In this document: in pieces, positions 59,321 through 64,000 of the stretch
Numbering within the stretch: position 1 is the first letter of the stretch
Layout: each line of letters begins with the position of its first letter
Source: an uncultured archaeon
Lineage (GTDB): Archaea; Thermoproteota; Bathyarchaeia; Bathyarchaeales; Bathycorpusculaceae
Assembly (NCBI GenBank): GCA_963810275.1
Contig: CAWENF010000002.1
Coordinates: 128,001 to 192,000, forward strand
DNA length: 64,000 nt
Reading direction: 5' to 3'
Notes under the pieces: model-generated
The model's input: only the letters and a program-made list of their open reading frames with translations
Databases searched by the model: none
What the model was told of the DNA's origin: nothing
Made by a program: the position numbers and the translations under genes

Positions 59321-60213
59321 GGTTTTGTCAGCCTTAATTTTGGCGATTCTGCTTTTGTCATGTGCAATAATCTGGTTTTATCCACCTACTGGCGATTACC
59401 GGGTTGATAATCCATCTTGGAATGGTTTCTCCAAACTAAACAGCGAAACTGGCGCGGTGGCTCTGGGGTCTTTGGAGGATTTGCCATCAACAGGCAGGGG
59501 CACAACTCTGGTTTTGGTGCCATACGAGCAGATGTCTAATCAAGAACTTTTGAAACTGGGCAGCTATGTCAATTCGGGTGGGACAGTAGTTGTTTTGGAT
59601 GATTATGGCTTTGGCAATCAGGTTCTTGGCAGCTTAGGTTTGCAGGCGAGGTTTAGTGGGCAATCTCTTTTGGATCCGCTTTATAATTACAAAAATAAGT
59701 GGTTCCCAGAAATCAGCGACTTCGCCGTCAACTCTCAAAATGTTACTGTGAATAGTGTTGTGTTAAATCACGCCAGTTATCTGAGCAGCAACGAGGGCAT
59801 GGAGGTTGTTGCTTATTCTTCTAGTTTTAGTTTCGTTGATGTTAACGGTGACGAAATATGGGATTCCAATGAACCTGCTGGTGCTCAGCCTGTGGCAGCT
59901 TATGCTAAGTTGGGCTCTGGGTTTGTGGTGGCGGTTTCTGATCCAAGTTTAGCAATTAACGGTATGATTGACTTAGCAGATAACTTGCAGTTTATTAACA
60001 AAATTTTAAGCATCCAAGGAGAAAATTCGGTCGGTATACATTGATCAGTCGCATCTGCCAAGCACCCCATTAGATGATGCGAAGGCTGGATTGTCATTTG
60101 TATATGGGTTGGTTGCTTCTCCCTTGGGAACGTTAAGCTTAATAGCTGTGGTATTGGCAGTATCTTTAAATTCATTCCTTGCAAGGCGAAAAAGCAATGA
60201 AAAAACAAGTTGA
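59307..60213 (+). CDS. DUF4350 domain protein (frameshift near 60030)
   Basis: NPSWNG.S, YV.SGG.VVVLDDYG.GN, VSDPS...N.M; second frame continues VYIDQSHLP...TM. Confidence 0.8.
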
Positions 60214-61138
60214 ATCCTTTAGCGTTCCTACAAGAATTTTGGATGAAGTCACCAAAGTTGTAGTAGGCAAACAAGATGCAAAAGAGCTGTTATTGGTTGC
60301 GCTTCTTAGTGAAGGGCACGTTTTGATAGAGGGTTTTGCAGGTTCAGCTAAAACTTTGTTGGCTAAGACGTTTGCTCAGTCGATTTCGGGTAAGTTTAAG
60401 AGAATTCAGTTTACGCCTGACATGTTGCCAGCGGATGTAACGGGATTTAATTTTTACCAACCTAATGGCAATTCACACTTTGTTGAGGGCCCTTTGTTTG
60501 CTAATGTGGTTTTGGCTGATGAATTAAACCGCACGACACCCCGCACTCAGGCTGCTTTGATCGAGGCCATGCAAGAAAACCAGATCACCGTTGAAGGCGT
60601 ATCTCATCCCTTGTCGGATACTTTTATGGTTATTGCTAGCCAGTTGCCTTTTGGTTCTGAGGGTACTTATCCTTTGACTGAGGTGCAGCTTGACAGGTTC
60701 ATGTTCCGCATATGGAGCGACTACGTGAGCCAAGAAGAGGAGGAAGAAGTTGTTTCTAAGGTGGATTACATCGATGACCCTGACGTTGAGGCGGTTGTGA
60801 CAGTTAAGGATATTTTGGAGCTGCAAAAAGAAGTTAGAAAAGTCCACGTTTCAAAAGAGATTGTAAGTTACATAGTTTCATTGGTTAGGGCAACCCGCAA
60901 GGACCCAGACGTTTTATCGGGCATTAGCACACGAGCTAGTGTCTCGCTTTTCAAGGGAGCCAGAGCGTATGCTTTGATGCAGGGAAGAAACTATGTATTA
61001 CCTGATGATGTGAAACATTTGGCTTCTCCAGTTTTTACTCACCGTATTCGCATCAAGCCTGAAGCTGAAATGGATGATGTTACAGCTAAAACGGTGATTG
61101 ACAGAGTCTTAAGCAGTGTGCCGGTACCAAAAGTATAG
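60197..61138 (+). CDS. moxR: MoxR-family AAA+ ATPase
   Basis: GHVLIEG..G.AKT, RIQFTPDMLPAD, LADELNR, ALIEAMQE, QLDRF. Confidence 0.95.
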   Translation: MKKQVESFSVPTRILDEVTKVVVGKQDAKELLLVALLSEGHVLIEGFAGSAKTLLAKTFAQSISGKFKRIQFTPDMLPADVTGFNFYQPNGNSHFVEGPLFANVVLADELNRTTPRTQAALIEAMQENQITVEGVSHPLSDTFMVIASQLPFGSEGTYPLTEVQLDRFMFRIWSDYVSQEEEEEVVSKVDYIDDPDVEAVVTVKDILELQKEVRKVHVSKEIVSYIVSLVRATRKDPDVLSGISTRASVSLFKGARAYALMQGRNYVLPDDVKHLASPVFTHRIRIKPEAEMDDVTAKTVIDRVLSSVPVPKV

Positions 61139-61161
61139 TTATTTATCAGATAGGTAATAAA

Positions 61162-62703
61162 ATGAAATCGCTAAGCGCAGGAACTATTGCTAAAGTTTAC
61201 TTAGCCGTAGTGCTTGTGCTTGCTATCTTGTTTTCTTCGTATTTTCAACTAGCCTTATCGCTGGTTTTATTGGGTTTGCTGTTTTATTCTTCATATAAGC
61301 CTTTGAAGGCCAACCTGAATTTTGCCATAACTGTCGGCATGCTGGTTTTTTTGCCGTTAGCTCTTGAATCATTAGCTGGAGCATATACAGGTTTATTGCT
61401 TATTCCTGGGTTGCTTTTGCTTGATGAGGAACTACACAAGCTAGCTGCAACTAAAGCTCCCTCTTTTCAAAGGGCGGGTAGACACGCCAGTGATGTTTTG
61501 AAAGCTTTAACCGTGGGGTTTGTTTTGGTTTTAGCGGTTGCAGTTTTGGTATGGAATTTTGCGTTGCTGACTTCTGCTGTTTTTCTTTTAGCTTACTTAT
61601 CAGGGATTGCCGTGTACTCTCTGCGAAGTTTCCCAAGGGCTTTTTTGGTTGCTGAAAAGTCTTGGCGTAGAGTTGTAGTAGGAGATCCTGAAAGCGCTAC
61701 GGTCACTCTCAAGGTTGAAGCTAAAAATGGTGGACAATTTTCTTTGAGTCCAGTTGATAAATGGGTTAAAGCCAAGCCATCCGACGGTTCACTCAAAGGA
61801 GAAGACAAGATAAATTTAGAGTTAAAGTTCACTGCGCCTTTAGCTGGCCCTTCAAAGATAGGTTTACAGGCATGCGTTGCTGATTCCAGGGGGCTAATTG
61901 AGACTGGACAAATCTTAGAGCCGCTGGATTTGCATATCATTCCTAAGGCAAAATATGCGGCTTGGCTTGCCAACAAATTCTTAGAGCAGACCACCGCCGG
62001 AGGCGGCATGGCTATGCCAGTTCCGACCACTAACTCAAGATACGCCAAGCGCGGTGTTGAGTTCTATGGAAGCCGAGAGTACCAATTAGGAGACCAACTA
62101 AAAGATATCGACTGGATTCACTCCTACAGGCTAGGCGAATTAATCGTTAAAGAGTACTCGGGAGCACAGGGTCAAGTTGGGATTATTATTGCTAACCTAT
62201 CAGCCAAAAGCGCGGAGGACGCAGATGAGTTAGCGTACAATTTGGTTATATCTGCACTTACCTATGCAACTGAAGGGGTTCCATCTGGAATAGCCGCTTA
62301 TAACTCCAAAGAAGTGCTGAGTGTTGTTCAACCAGGAAACTCGAGAGAAACACTAAAGAAAGCTTTGATGCTAACTGAAAAAATAGTCATCGAAGAGATT
62401 AATAGAAGAGTTCTTGAGGCACCTATAGGGAATAGACTTAAGCGTTCAGTAAATCAGTTAAGCCAAACAAAAGCTGAATCAGCCCAGAAGCTTGAGGAGC
62501 TTTTAGTTTTTGAGTCTGCAGCCAATGAGGAAGTAGTCAAGACGCATCCCGCTGCTTTGGCGCTGGCGAAGGTGATTGAGAAAGTTAACGGTTCAGCAGT
62601 TCTGACAGTTGTCTCGTCAGCTGATGAAATTGGTGCTCTATCTTTGGTTTTAGAGCAACTAAAAAAGAAGGGTCACTCAACGATTTATGCAAGAAAAAGT
62701 TGA
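61162..62703 (+). CDS. DUF58 domain membrane protein
   Basis: GVEFYGSREYQLGD.LKDIDW...L.VKEY; follows moxR. Confidence 0.88.
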   Translation: MKSLSAGTIAKVYLAVVLVLAILFSSYFQLALSLVLLGLLFYSSYKPLKANLNFAITVGMLVFLPLALESLAGAYTGLLLIPGLLLLDEELHKLAATKAPSFQRAGRHASDVLKALTVGFVLVLAVAVLVWNFALLTSAVFLLAYLSGIAVYSLRSFPRAFLVAEKSWRRVVVGDPESATVTLKVEAKNGGQFSLSPVDKWVKAKPSDGSLKGEDKINLELKFTAPLAGPSKIGLQACVADSRGLIETGQILEPLDLHIIPKAKYAAWLANKFLEQTTAGGGMAMPVPTTNSRYAKRGVEFYGSREYQLGDQLKDIDWIHSYRLGELIVKEYSGAQGQVGIIIANLSAKSAEDADELAYNLVISALTYATEGVPSGIAAYNSKEVLSVVQPGNSRETLKKALMLTEKIVIEEINRRVLEAPIGNRLKRSVNQLSQTKAESAQKLEELLVFESAANEEVVKTHPAALALAKVIEKVNGSAVLTVVSSADEIGALSLVLEQLKKKGHSTIYARKS

Positions 62704-62885
62704 GAACCTGCTTACTTTGCGTTTTTTTGCTTTTATAAAATTAATTTTAAATCAGTCTTAATTGAATTTAAAAAATCAAGGGTTTACAGTGAAAAACAAT
62801 GATTGAATGAAAAACAGCCCATAATTGACCATTAGTAGGACAAAGGTAAATAAGAAAAAAGCGGGGAAGTTGTTTTTGTACTTCT

Positions 62886-64000
62886 TTAGGTCCGCTTCTT
62901 GAGAAGTAGCAATGTAGCGATGGCTACTGCAACGATTATTGCAACGCCCATGCCTATGACGTACAACTCAATTGGAGGCAACGAATTAGTTTGCGATTGC
63001 TCTGTTGGCGTAGGTAATGCTTCATCCACTGTGAATGCTGATTCTGCGTGAGATGGATAATAAGCGTCTGAGCCTGCGAAGCGTGCATATACCTTATAGT
63101 CGCCTGGAATGTCAGGGATCCAAGAGAGGCTATAGAAGCCGTCCATACTGCTGGTGGTTGTGGTGCCGATGTCTCGGAAGTTGCCGTTTGAGTCAAGCAC
63201 ACTAATAGTGACTTCAACTCCTGTTGCTTCTGAGGGTCGTTCAAACTGCTTGTAGACGTACAACATCCAGTTAGATATTGACTCGTCTGAGACTGCTGGA
63301 ACCCCATTGGGGAAGCGTTTTTGTGAGATAATGTCGTCTGTACCTGGTGAAATGTCGGTGATCATGCCTTTTATTGTTACTGATGTGCCTAATGGAACAC
63401 CAACGTTAGGTGTTGAAATTGTAGTGGCAGATGGTCCTTTGCCAATAGCGTAGACCATTTGGTTGTATGTGTCCATTGTTGCAATGATGCTGTCTCCCAT
63501 GACTGCACTTCCGCCCCAATCGGTCTGGCGGAACATGCCGTCAATTGACCAGATTTCTTCTCCTGTGGTTGCGTTAATGCAGACGAAGGGTGCTCCTCGG
63601 GGTTGTGGTTGAATGACAGAGTGCTCGCTTTGACCTAAGTAGATCTTGCCGTCTGTAATAATGCGTGGTCTTAATGATGACCAGTAATTGGACCATAAGA
63701 CTTCTCCATGTTGGTCTTTATATGTATAGTTCCAGAGTAATTGACCTGATTGAATGTCATATGCATACATTATACCACTCATACCGTTTGAGTAAAGTTT
63801 GCCGTAATTAATTCTTGGATTCATTGAGTATATGTCTAGGTAATGCTGAGGTTCAGTTTTCCATAGGAAGTTTCCTGTGTCAATGTTGTAAGCAAAGAAT
63901 TGTCTTAGTTCTTTACTCCACAGAGTGATGACTCTTTCTTCAGCGCTTACTGCTCCAACAGTTAGGGTTACGTTTCCGGATGGTGCGGCAATTGTTTTGT
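62886..64000 (-). CDS. PQQ-like beta-propeller surface protein (5'-truncated by window edge)
   Basis: Frame is open to the window end; EHS...P.PRGAP, RFPNGVPAVSD, TM-KKRT. Confidence 0.88.
   Translation of the reverse strand, partial: KTIAAPSGNVTLTVGAVSAEERVITLWSKELRQFFAYNIDTGNFLWKTEPQHYLDIYSMNPRINYGKLYSNGMSGIMYAYDIQSGQLLWNYTYKDQHGEVLWSNYWSSLRPRIITDGKIYLGQSEHSVIQPQPRGAPFVCINATTGEEIWSIDGMFRQTDWGGSAVMGDSIIATMDTYNQMVYAIGKGPSATTISTPNVGVPLGTSVTIKGMITDISPGTDDIISQKRFPNGVPAVSDESISNWMLYVYKQFERPSEATGVEVTISVLDSNGNFRDIGTTTTSSMDGFYSLSWIPDIPGDYKVYARFAGSDAYYPSHAESAFTVDEALPTPTEQSQTNSLPPIELYVIGMGVAIIVAVAIATLLLLKKRT

Noticed and set aside
1-64000. CRISPR array, tRNA/rRNA genes, integrase or transposase
   Set aside because: No regularly spaced repeats, cloverleaf or rRNA-like sequence, and no recombinase or transposase motifs were seen by eye; a tRNAscan/Infernal run would be needed to be certain

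Overview
Archaeal chromosomal segment, most likely Bathyarchaeia. This is inferred from four paralogous PQQ-like propeller surface proteins, neelaredoxin, archaeal Hsp20/ArsR, DUF1616 and MoxR-DUF58-DUF4350-DUF4129 genes, and archaeal-type promoters. The standout feature is a compact, co-directional 13-kb head-tail morphogenesis cluster (14911-27963). It encodes a prohead protease/scaffold, decoration protein, HK97-type capsid, portal, adaptor, a stopper fused to an alpha/alpha-barrel, tail terminator, tail tube, a chaperone with a -1 slippery site, gp10, a ~180-aa tape measure, a hub and an ABC-ATPase/GNAT fusion. A divergent HTH gene and an operator-like palindrome lie upstream. The terminase pair sits 10 kb away on the other strand, behind host genes. 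No integrase, replication gene, tRNA or att site is visible in the window. This layout fits a domesticated, gene-transfer-agent (GTA)-like particle, although a rearranged provirus cannot be excluded from this window alone. Many single-base indels in short homopolymers affect viral and host genes alike and look like long-read assembly errors. Also found: a membrane-anchored TIR protein, a wHTH-PLD nuclease, a long G-U-containing hairpin, a dispersed non-coding element 3' of PQQ genes, and genes missed by the ORF track. All family assignments come from motif recognition, not database searches.
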